Positions 37,007-48,345 of a DNA stretch of 64,000 bases are shown one piece after another. How positions within the stretch are numbered: the stretch's first letter is position 1; every line of letters starts with the position of its first letter. A program made the position numbers and the translations under genes. Below the pieces are notes generated by a model. It did no database searches. It was not told the origin of the DNA and saw only the letters and a program-made list of their open reading frames with translations. The stretch spans positions 12,648,001 to 12,712,000 of the forward strand of contig CM060734.1 of the NCBI GenBank assembly GCA_030704615.1. Direction: 5' to 3'. The stretch is from Takakia lepidozioides (Eukaryota; Plantae; Bryophyta).

Positions 37007-39147
37007 TCACCGATACCACCAGCTCCACCACATTCCGGGAGGCTTTATCACCACCAAAGGCCGCACAGTCCCACGCACACATCTCCCACAATCGTCAGCG
37101 CAGAACCAGAACTTGTGGTTCTTTGCCTCTCCTTGTTCGTAAGGGAGAAACAAACCAGTGAATGTAGGAGCCGGAGTCCGTTTTTTGCCTCTGGATATTA
37201 AAGATGCGCACTTTTCATGAGTGGTGGCCCTGATCGCCGCGCATTTCACACGAGATCCAGCACCGGTGCGTACTATATGCCAAACCTCATCCGAGCACAT
37301 GGACTCCACCACCTCCGGCACCATGTTCTGTTCTTCAACCATTGCAGTTAGAGTGCTTGATGGTGGGGTCTGGCATTGGGCTGAAGGTCCCTCCCCAGTG
37401 GAGGTTCCAGAATTCCATCTCTGACTCAAGGCGACACGTGGCGTGGAGAAGTTGACTCTGTCCACCCTATGGGAATCTGCATCCAATCCAGGGGGGGTAT
37501 CCAATTTTTGTTTGCAAGACCCAAATCTCTCTTTGCCTTCCAGATGAGGAACTCTAGACACGAGAGGGGTGCCATCTGCACATATGCTCATTGCCCTTGT
37601 TATTTTGCTGGGATCCCCCGATCTTCTTGCCGCCCGCAACATCAACTTGTTCTTGTCGGGGCTTTTGCCACCCACCCCACCCCTCAAGAATGACCTGTAT
37701 CTGGTTTGTTGCTGGAGAGCACGCGTGAGGTCATCGGCCGTGGCCGCATACAAATCTCTTCCCCTTGTTCCGAACTGCTGCAAGCAAGCATTGTGCACTG
37801 TCTCCGCAAGATTGCAAGATGGCATGTCCGCCATCTCCTCAATGGACATGTGCTGCAAAGTAGAAAAACACATTTCAGATTTGAGGATTGGGAGATTGAA
37901 AGACAACTTGAATGGACCAAAAGGAATACCAATGGATCTCACGCACAGTTGTCATGGCCGCTCCTCACTGTCTGTATCGGAAGTGCCAAAATGCGAACCA
38001 GTCTTCCAGCGCTCTCATGCTATCTTCTGATGCCGCTCCAGATAAGTACCACCAGGCATGAATTGTCTGAAACAATGTATTCGCCTCCCCCATAGTTTTG
38101 GCATCTTTGTACTGTTTGCACAACTTACAGTGCATACTCTGCATGTCCGGTTTGATGTCTGCCTTTGTATGTTTGTCCAGGGACTGTGTCCAATGGAAAA
38201 GAAATGTACGTTCTCTTCCAGGCATTGGCACTTTTGGATCTCCCGTCCCGAACACAATGCAAACAACATTGAAATTTGCTTGAGCATTGTCGGCCATGAA
38301 TCCAGTGAAATTTGGATATGACACACCATGGGAGTTCATAACGCAAATCAGAGATTTCCGCATGAGCTGCTGTGATTCCGTGTCCTCTGATTGCATGTCA
38401 CACACTGCAATTGTCATGACTCGCTGGTACACTGGGTCATAAACATGACATGCCATTGTGGTCCAGTCTTTCACCCGCTTCACGTGATCGAACATGAGAA
38501 AGCAATTGCCGAGATCGCCACCCTTCTGCATACGCTTCACTAGGCTGACTCCGCTGCCCTCACCAACTGTGGACATTTCGAACATGAACACTTTGCTGGA
38601 TCTTTGTCCCGGAAACACGCTGTCTTGAATGTAGTCGTACCTGCTTCTTCGCTTCAAATCCAAAATATTGTCCATATACCCCCGGCTCGCAGAGCCCATT
38701 TTCAAAGCGTTCACCTGATTCGGAATGTTTGGAGAAGTCAACGTTGAAATGTCCAAAGCTGGTCCCTCCAATTTCCCGCCACATAATCTGGTGCACTGAG
38801 AATATGGCTTTCCAGGAAGGACTTGCTTGCTCATATCGCAATTGCGGAAGTGGTTGCTGTTGGATTGCTCTCCAACTCCTCTCTTATGAGGCGCGGCACT
38901 GTCTCAACGATTTCTCTGTAATCCCCCTTGGACACAGGGTGATTGTGGAAACCAAAATGGACACAGGCTCTAGTGATGGTTTTGAATCGGTGCACCACAT
39001 AGTACATTCTTGCACCACACAATGCAAGACAGGAAGGCGCGAGCTTACAGAACTTGCACACAAAAGTGTTGTTGTATGGTGGCGTAATCCCAGGCTTGAA
39101 AGGATTCTCAGAGACACCATCCCATTCGCTTTGGTTTTGAACACCTG
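37007..39147 (-). mobile_element. MULE/Mutator-like DDE transposase remnant, copy 1; 5' part cut by CACTA insertion at 39148
   Basis: N-terminal Cys/His region (CKFC..C...C...CVHFGFHNHP), FDHVKRV, GFMADNAQAN, RT(C/F)LFHW, CNLAETVHN spacing typical of MULE D/D/CxxH/E. Confidence 0.7.
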
Positions 39148-40690
39148 CACTACTGCAAAAAGGGGGGGGGTTTACGACGCCCATGGCCCGGCGCGCACGG
39201 CACCGTGCGACCCCACCTATTAGCGACGCCCAGAGGGTCGCTATTATACCGACCCCTGAGGGGTCGCTAAAGTGAAATCCCAGAAAATAGAGGATCCTAA
39301 AATGACTAAGTCATTGGGACATACTTCCCTGGGTCGCTAATACCGCGGGGTTGATTTCCCTCGGTTTCTTACTGCGACGCCCATGCAGTCGGTCCCCGTC
39401 CGACCCCTCTGGGATCGGATTAGGGTTCTGCGAATTCTCATTATGTTCAAATTCGTCATTTCTCAAGGGCCATGTTTTAATGAGTGGATGCCATCCTAAC
39501 AGGTGCTTCAATGTAGGCTGGGCAGTTTTCCGACCGGCACCTCTTTGCCTACGAGGAGGACACATCTGTCTGGGGATCCCATCTGGAAGGGCTTCAACGG
39601 AATGAGAAGGATCCCATCGCAGCCACAGATTCCTCGGAGGATTCGTCGGACTCGGAGGAAGAGACAGTGGACATTGATGCCGAGGAGAACCCGGAATACG
39701 AGTGAGTGCAAACATTGTAAGCTTGCAAAGCCTTCTGGGTGATTTTTTCTCACACGCATTTCCGGATTGTGGTTCTCATTGGTCTGATGAGTGATTGTTA
39801 TGTGCAGGACTCCAAGATCCGGGTCGAAACCAGTGGCGCCTACATTTCTTGACAGGGAGAATGTCCCGTTCTTTGCGAGGTTGCCCCCAAACGACCTCTG
39901 GGGCAACAAAATATAGTTTTATTACTGTCTACCGTCGTCCTGGGCGTCGCTTTAACTATCAAATTTGATTATTAAAGTTCTGATTTTGATTTTTAATTAT
40001 TTAATTTCAATTTAAAGTCTGGTTTTTGAGCAGGAAACCCGTAAGCGACCCCTGAATGGACGTTATCATACCGACTTCACTCCAGTCACTATTTAAAATA
40101 AATAAATAAAAAAAAAAAAAAAAAAAAAACAGCAACCGACTCCCTAGGGGGCACTGTTAAACAGCGTCGGGTTAGCGTAGAGACATGTACCGACCCCAGG
40201 AAGGCGCTGATAGCACCCCAAAAAAATTTTACAAAAAAACTCACACCGACCCTCGATGGGTCGCTGTTAATCAACGTTGGGTTATTGTTTAGGGACTTGA
40301 AGCGACCCCAAGGACGGTGCTGATAGCACCTCTAAAAATATTTGCCAAAAAATCTGACAGCGACCCCCTAGGGGGTCGCTGATAACCAACGTCGGGTTAT
40401 TTTGTAGGGATTTGTAGCGACCCCCAGGGAGGCGCTGATCGCACCCCAAAAATATTTTACAAAAAAAACTCACAGCGATCCCCATGGGTCGCTGTTAATC
40501 AGCATCGGGTTACTGTTTAGGAACTTGAAGCGACCCCCATGAAGGCGCTGATAGCACCCCCAAAAATATGGACAAAAAAATCTAACAACGACTGCCTAGG
40601 GGTCACTGTTAACAGCGTCGGGTTATTGTTTAGGGACTTGAAGCGACCTCAGGGAAGGCGCTGATAGTGGTAGTGATCCCTAGGGAGTCA
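39148..40690. mobile_element. CACTA element end with subterminal repeats and a ~115-bp tandem array (about 40130-40690); second end not confirmed
   Basis: CACTACTGCAAAAAGGGGGGGGGTTTACGACGCC at 39148 resembles the 27906 TIR; GCGACCCC/GGGTCGCT repeats. Confidence 0.75.
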
Positions 40691-40772
40691 CTAATAGAAC
40701 CATTTTTTATTAAATCGAATTTTAATGAATTTTGAATAAGTATTATAATTTAGAATATCTAGGATTGCGGAT

Positions 40773-40965
40773 TTGAGGGGCGTAATGATTTTATTTTTGG
40801 CTCTATTTTGTTCTTTGAACATCCATGCAAAAGATTGGACAAAAAATAATAATAAAAATAAAATAAAAAATAAAAATTGTTTTCTTGGGTCACTATTGCA
40901 TAACTCTCTATGAAGAGTGCATGAAGTTGAAGAGAACTTAATCTTGGAGTGCAAATGAGGGAAGA
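40773..40965 (-). repeat. Dispersed ~200-bp repeat, inverted copy of 27345-27546
   Basis: TTCTCTTCAACTTCATGCACTCTTCATAGAGAGTT and TTCAAAGAACAAAATAGAGCCAAAAATAAAATCATTAC shared. Confidence 0.85.
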
Positions 40966-41029
40966 AAATATGGTTTGGGGTCCAGATGATTTTTTTTTGC
41001 TGCGAAATTTTGCACGCACACTGCACACT

Positions 41030-44000
41030 AGACCTTTCCCTTGATATCTCTCCCGTCGAGGCTCCAACCATTGTCCAGGAATGCCCACTTTGCCATTTTT
41101 GCTATTTTTGAATTATTTCCAGCGACCAAAAGTACTTGGAATTCCACATCTCCCACACCGCAGGTCCAAAAATCATGAGACCAAGCACCCCTCCTTGTTG
41201 AGGGCTTTCCAACAACACCAAGCACCCGCGCTGGGCCCCGCGGTTTGGGAGATCTCAACGACGCTACAAAACAAAACAAAACAAACAAAACAAACGTCTC
41301 GCTTCATATTTTGATAGGGTAGCATGTGCCGTTGGCCCAAGTGTCCAGTGTAATCTAAGTCCAAGTGCAATCCTCTATGTATCAAAGTGTGTGTCCTATG
41401 TCGAGGCCCAAATGCAACCTCTAGGGTAGCCTTTGCCGTTGGCCCAAGTGTCTAATGTCATCTAAGTAAGTTTTTTTCCACAGAGCCTATGACCAGATTT
41501 GAACCGAAGACCTTTCCCTTTTGATATCTCTACCGTCGAGGCTCCAACCGTTGTCCCAGGAATGCCCACTTTGCCATTTTTTTTTTTTTTTGTGAATTTC
41601 CGGCGACCAAAAGTACTTGGAATTCCACATCTCCCACACCGTAGGTCCAAAAATCATGAGACCAAGCCCGTGCACCCCTCCTCGTCTAGGGCTTTCCAAC
41701 GGTACCAAGCACCAGGGTTGGGGCCTCGTGGTTTGGGACATCTCAACGCTACAAAACAAAACAAAACAAACTGGCTTCCTTCATATATTGACTAGGATAG
41801 CATGTGCCGTTGGCCCAAGTGTATAGGGTCATGTAAGCCCAAGTGCAATCTCCTATGCATTCAAGTGCGTCTCCTATGTCTAGGCCCAAGTATGTCCTCC
41901 AAGTAGCCTATGCCGTTGGTCCAAGTGTCATCTAAGCCCAAGTGCAATCCCCTATGTATCGAGAGCCCCCACTGTTTGGGAGATCTAGGGTAGCATGTGC
42001 CATTGGCCCATGTGTGAAGAATTGAAATCTAAGCCCAAGTGCAATTTCCTATGTATCCATGTGCGTTTTCCATGTAAAGGCCCAAGTGTGACCTCCGGTG
42101 TCCAATGTCATCTACGTCCAAGTGCAATCCCCTATATTGTAACAAAGTGCGTCTCCTATGCCAAGGCCCAAATGCGACCTCTAGGGTAGTCTGTGCCGTT
42201 GGCCCAAGTGTCAAGTGTCATCTAAGCCCAAGTGAAAGATCTTCTATGTATCCCAGTGCGTCTCCTATGTCGAGGCCCAAGTGGGACTTCTAGTGTAGCC
42301 TATGTCGTCGGCCCATGTGTGACGAATTGAAATATCTAAGACCAAGTGCAATTTCCTATGTATCCAAGTGCGTCTCCTATGTCGAGGCCCATCTAAGCCC
42401 ATGAAGTGCAATCTTCTATTCATGTATCCAAGTGCATCTCCCATGTAGAGGCCCAAGTGTCTAGTGGATCATCTTAACGCAAGTGTCTAGTGTCTAGGGT
42501 GGCATGTGCCGTTGGCCCAAGTGTCCAATGTCATCTAGGTCATCTAAGTCAAAACCTACGACCAGATTTGAACCAGAGATCTTTCCCTTCATATCTCTCC
42601 CGTCGAGGCTCCAACCATTGTCCTAGGAATGCCCACTTTGCCATTTTTGCTATTTTTTGTGAATTTCCAGCGACCTAAAGTACTTGGAATTCCGTATCTC
42701 CCACACCGCAGGTCCAAAAATCGTGAGACCAAGCCCCTGCACCCCTCCTCGTCGAGGGCTTTCCAACGGCACCAAGCACCAGGGCTGGGGCCTCACGGTT
42801 TGGGACATCTCAACGTGACAAAACAAAACAAACAAAACAAACAAAACAAAACAAACGTCTCGCTTCATATATTGACTAGGGTAGCCTATGCCATTGGCCC
42901 AAGTGTCCAATGTCATCTAAGTCCAAGTGCCATCCTCTCTGTATCCAAGTGCATCTCCTATGTCGAGGCCCAAATGCGACCTCTAGGGTAGCATGTGCCG
43001 TGGGCCCAAGTGTCAAGTGTCATCTAAGTCCAAGTGTAAGATCTTCTATGTATCCCAGTGCGTTATGTCGAGGCCCAAATGCAACCTCTAGGATAGCCTG
43101 TACCCTATGTCCCCTATGTATCTAGAGACCCTCCTGTTTGGGAGATCTAGGCCTAGGGTAGCCTGCGCCATTGGCCCATGTGTTAAGAATTGAAATCTAA
43201 GTCCAAGTGCAATCCCCTATGTATTCAAGTAGCGTCTCCTATGTCAAGGCCCATGTGTGAAGAATTGAAATCTAAGCCCAAGTGCAATTTCTTATGTATC
43301 CAAGTAGGTCTCTTATGTCAAGGCCCAAGTGAGACCTCTAGTGTAGCCTATGCCGTTGGCCCATGTGTGAAGAATTGAAATCTAAGCCCAAGTGTAATCT
43401 TCTATTCATGTATCCAAGTGCAATCCACCATGTATTCAAGTAGCGTCAAGGCCCATGTGTGAAGAATTGAAATCTAAGCCCAAGTGCCATTTCTTATGTA
43501 TCCAAGTGGGTCTCCTATGTCGAGGCCCAAGTGCAACCTCTAGTGTAGCCTATGCCGTTGGCCCATGTGTGAAGAATTGAAATCTAAGCCCAAGTGCAAT
43601 CTTCTATTCATGTATCCAAGTGCAATCCACCATGTATTCAAGTAGCGTCAAGGCCCATGTGTGAAGAATTGAAATCTAAGCCCAAGTGCCATTTCTTATG
43701 TATCCAAGTGGGTCTCCTAAGTCGAGGCCCAAGTGCGACCTCTAGTGTAGCCTATGCCGTTGGCCCATGTGTGAAGAATTGAATTCTAAGCCCAAGTGCA
43801 ATCTTCTATTTATGTATCCAAGTGCATCTCCCATGTGCAGGGCCAAGTGTCCAGTGTCAGCTAAGTCCAAGTGCAATCCCATATCTAATCAACTTTTTTT
43901 CCACAGAGCCTACGACCAGATTTGAACCGGAGACCTTTCCCTTGATATCTCTCCCCTTGAGGCTCCCACAATTGTCCCAGGAATGCCCACTTTGCCATTT

Positions 44001-45656
44001 TTGCTATTTTTTTAAAATTTCCAGTGACCAAAAGTACTTGGAATTCCACATCTCCCACACCGCAGGTCCAAAAATCATGAGACAAAGCCCGTGCACCCCT
44101 CCTCCTCGAGGGCTTTCCAACGGTACCAAGCAATAGCGTCGGAGCCTCGCGGTTCGGGACATCTCAACGCTACAAAACAAAACAAAACAAACAAACTGGC
44201 TTCCTTCATATATTGAGGATAGCCTGTGCCGTTGGCCCAAGTGTTCAATGTCATCTAAGTCCAAGTACAATCCCCTATGTATCTAGAGACCGTCATGTTT
44301 GGGAGATCTAGGCCTAGGGTAGCCTGCGCCATCGGCCCATGTGTTAAGAATTAAAATCTAAGTCCAAGTGCAAGTATTCAAGTGTGTATTCAAGTAGCGT
44401 CTCCTATGTCAAGGCCCATGTGTGAAGAAATGAAATCTAAGCCCAAGAGCATTCTTCTATTCATGTATCCAAGTGCATCTCCCATGTACAGGCCCAAGTG
44501 TCCAGTGTCATCTAAGCCCAAGTGCAGTCCCATATCTAATCAACTTTTTTTCCACAGAGCCTATGACCAGATTTGAACCGGAGACCTTTCCCTTGATATC
44601 TCTCCCCTCGAGGCTCCCACAATTGTCCCAAGAATGCCCACTTTGCCATTTTTGCTATTTTTTAAAAATTTCCAGTGACCAAAAGTACTTGGAATTCCGT
44701 ATCTCCCACACCGTAGGTCCAAAAATCATGAGACCAAGCCCCTGCACCCCTCCTCCTCGCGGTTTGGGACATCTCAACGCTACAAAACAAAACAAACAAA
44801 CTGGCTTCCTTCATATATTGACTAGGGTAGCCTGTGCCGTTGGCCCAAGTGTCCAGTGTCATCTAAGTCCAATTGCAATCCCCTATGTATCAAAGTGCGT
44901 CTCCTATGTTGAGGCCCAAATGCAACCTCTAGGGTAGCCTATGCCGTTGGCCCAAGTGTCCAGTGTCATCTAAGTGCAAGTGCAATCCCCTATGTATCTA
45001 GAGACCCTCCTGTTTGGGAGATATAGGCCTAGGGTAGCCTGCGCCATTGGCCCATGGGTTAAGAATGAAATCTAAGTCCAAGTGCAATCCCCTATGTATT
45101 CAAGTAGTGTCTCCTATGTCAAGGCCCATGTGTGAAGAATTGAAATCTAAGCCCGAGTGCAATTTCTTATGTATCCAAAGTGGGTCTCATATGTCGAGGC
45201 CCAAGTGCAATCCTCTATTCAAGTATCCAAGTGCATCTCCCGTGTACAAGCCCAAATGTCCAATGTCATCTAGGTCCAAGTGCAATCCCATATCTGATCA
45301 TTTTTTCTTTTTAATTTTTTTTTCAGAGAGCCTATGACCAGATTTGAACCGGAGACCTTTCCCTTGATATCTCTCCTGTCTAGGCTCCAACCATTGTCCC
45401 AAGAATGCCCACTTTGCCATTTTTGCTATTTTTTGTGAATTTCCAGCTACCAAAAGTACTTGGAATTCCGTATCTCCCACACCGCATGTCCAAAAATCAT
45501 GAGAACAAGCCCTCCTCGTCGAGGGCTTTCCAACGGTACCAAGCACCAGCGCTAGGGCCTTGCAGTTCGGGACATCTCAACGCTACAAAACAAAACAAAA
45601 CAAACAAACAAAAATACATACATACATACATACATACGTCTCGCTTCATATATTGA
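41030..45656 (+). repeat. Complex satellite-like array 2, inverted relative to array 1; includes a ~202-bp near-perfect triplication (43337/43539/43741)
   Basis: Repeated CCAGATTTGAACCGGAGACCTTTCCCTTGATATCTCTCCC and GCCCAAGTGCAATC..CCTATGTATCCAAGTG units. Confidence 0.92.
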
Positions 45657-48345
45657 TTGATTCCTAATCCATTGTCCTCAGGAAGAGCTCTTTGGATGAC
45701 GTGGCAAAATGCCATTGCTTATGAGCCCTATATTTGATAGCAAGGGCTCCACATTTTTTGGATGCGCTGTGACATATGTGGATGTAAAGTAGCAAAATAT
45801 GGATGTAAAGTGCACTCCTCATGACACACACTGTCCCATAGAATTCAAGAGGAGGGGGAACATTTTTTGGATGCTCTGTGACATATGTGGATGTAAAGTG
45901 CACTGCTCATAACAGACTATGTCTGATAGATTTCAAGAGGAGGGGAAATAAGGGATGTAGCAAGGCCGAGCTACATCCTGTATTCCCCCAAATGCTATCT
46001 AGTCCGTAGTCCCTGCCCTTAATTCACAGGGAACATCTACACAAAAAGCAGCTTCATCCATTTTTGTTGGCTCCTCTTTATTCTAAAGAGGAGACTACGC
46101 ATCAGCGTCAAAAATGGCTAAGCCCCTGTTGTACCTTCCCAAGGTGTCACCTCCTCTCCTTTGTTGAGAAAACTACTCCCAAGGTGTTGCCTCCCTCATG
46201 TAACGTCTCTCTTCTTGAACAATTTATGAAGAATAAATAGATGAATTTTTAGGTGTATTATGGATGAAAGTAGATTTCGTTATTCACAAAGAGGCTCCGC
46301 GACTAGCCGCTTGTTTAAATATCTACATTCATCCAACATAACAAGGTGATCCTGGGTTCGATCTTGCAACATTTGCGTTCAGCCCTCCGGCAGGCCTCTG
46401 AATTTTGTGTGGCCTCGTGGGGACGAGGCGAGAGGGGACAGGGCCTATCATCTGACCAGCCTCCGACCAGCCTCATTACGACGAGCCACACAAAATTTTC
46501 CGGCAGGCTTTGTAAATTTGCTGAGATTAAGTTTTAGCTGTCAAGTGAGATATTCTCTCTAATCACTGTAGTCGGTTAGCTCAGTTGGATGCACTGAGTG
46601 CCACCCAGGTGATTCTGCTACCTGTCGGGTGTGGTATACTTTGGTATACTCTTCTCCCCCTTCCCTTGGGCAGTGTAGTGTATCCATGAGCCCCTCACGT
46701 AAATAACCGAAAACTTTATATTTGACATCAATGCGTAGATGCCGTTGAGGACAAAATATGAAAATTTGGATGGCAAGGGAAATAATATCCAAGGTGGGAA
46801 TGAGGGTGCAAGGGAAAGGTAGGGCTGGTGGGGAAGGCGGACAGGGGGTTGGGGACGGACAGGATTGCACTCTGACGTGCGCCAGCTTTCGGTGACCACC
46901 CACACGGCGGTCGCCACCTGCCCCCCCGCCCGACCCCCGCCGGTGCACGTGTAGCCCTGCGCCTGCTAACAAACTGGGCGTCCTCCGGGTCCGGAATCGT
47001 GTCAGCGGGTGACGGGTCCGGTCACGCCCTCTTTTCGATCCTCAGTTGCTATGAAAAACAGATTAACCGCTGGGGATCTTACGCAGAGTTGGCTTTCAAA
47101 AAGAGAGTCTAGACCGACCGGTGGCGTCTCCACATGGCGATATCCAAGGCTGCCATGTTGCGGCCCTACGGCGTGCGCACATCCGATGCGACGGACTCCG
47201 TCCGATTCCGTTACGAGAGCCAACAGAAAAAGTCGGAGTGGCGATCGTAACGGTGGGGACGGGTGAAAGGGCTAATTAAACGGCTAATAAAAGTGAAAGT
47301 GTGGCGAGTAATGAGCGCGAGTGGGGGTGGTGGAATTATGGCTGACGGATTGGAAGAAAATGGCGGAGGATTTAGCGGCGCAGCAAGAGCTATAACTGCC
47401 CCTCGTCGTCGGAATTCCTAGTGCGCTCTGCTCGCACCCGGGATCTCGTCGCACCGATACCCGCACGGAGCGGAGAGGACCAAGGATGTGGCAGCTATGC
47501 TTGGAGCTCCATGACGCGCGGCACCCATCAGCACTGTACTGCACAATCTCTTTGAAAGCCCGCAAGATTCCGTTTTTTTTTCAAATATTGTGTTGCCGTT
47601 TTAATTGCAGTGGAAGGGGGTGTTGGCCGTGCGTGACTTGAGATTGTTGGGTTGAGAGAAAAAGGTTCTGATGTCACTGGCGTTTCGTGTGTTGGGTGAC
47701 GAGGTTGAGGAAGTTGAGTGGTGATTGAGGTGTGCGGAGTTGGAGTGTTCAGTGGTGGATTTCAGTATTGATGTGGGTGATGTTTGATCGATTTGGCAGC
47801 ATGGGCCTACCTCACCATATTGCGCCTTGGGAGCAGCACTGGCACTCCGACGCTGTGAAGCAGGTAAGCTGATCGGTCGGGTCGATTTGTTTTGTTTGTT
47901 GAGTACGGGTGGTGATGTATAGAACACAGCAGGGAAGGTCACTTTGTGTTAACTTGCTGGTTTCTTGCAACGTTTTAATTGTCGGAAAAAGCCTTCGAAT
48001 AACATCTGGCGACATGTGGAGGATTGGCAGAGGTATCGGTACGTGAAATCACTGTAACCTGTATTTGCTGGGCAGAAGCTTGATGTGTATTGCGCCATCA
48101 GTGCTGCTGATGTGCTCTGTAATTTTTCTCGATTGCTGCTTGGGCGCTTTCTGCAAGTAGCCACTACTCAGGCATGCTTTATGGATTATCCAGATTGGGC
48201 GGGCACACAGGATGTTGGAAAGATCACGCATGCACGTCTAAGTAGAAGTTATATGTGTAGCCTTGATAGACATGGCCCTGCAGCACGAGTCACATTTTCG
48301 ACTGCCTTTCTTATTTTTCAGAGTAGCAGTGTCAGGACGGCTGTA

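Noticed and set aside
40665-40678. TAGTGGTAGTG as the right TIR of the 39148 CACTA element
   Set aside because: Flank ATC does not match the left flank CTG, and TIR identity stops after CACTAC.
40130-45656. CRISPR-like array
   Set aside because: Repeats are degenerate, spacers are not unique, no cas genes, eukaryotic context.
31677-45715. Many similar short ORFs (e.g. MPTLPFLLFFVNFQRPKV...) as a gene family
   Set aside because: They are translations of satellite units in both directions with variable frames and stops.
46559-47565. GC-rich ORFs upstream of the EDR4-like gene
   Set aside because: No recognisable protein; consistent with promoter or 5'UTR sequence, cannot be called.
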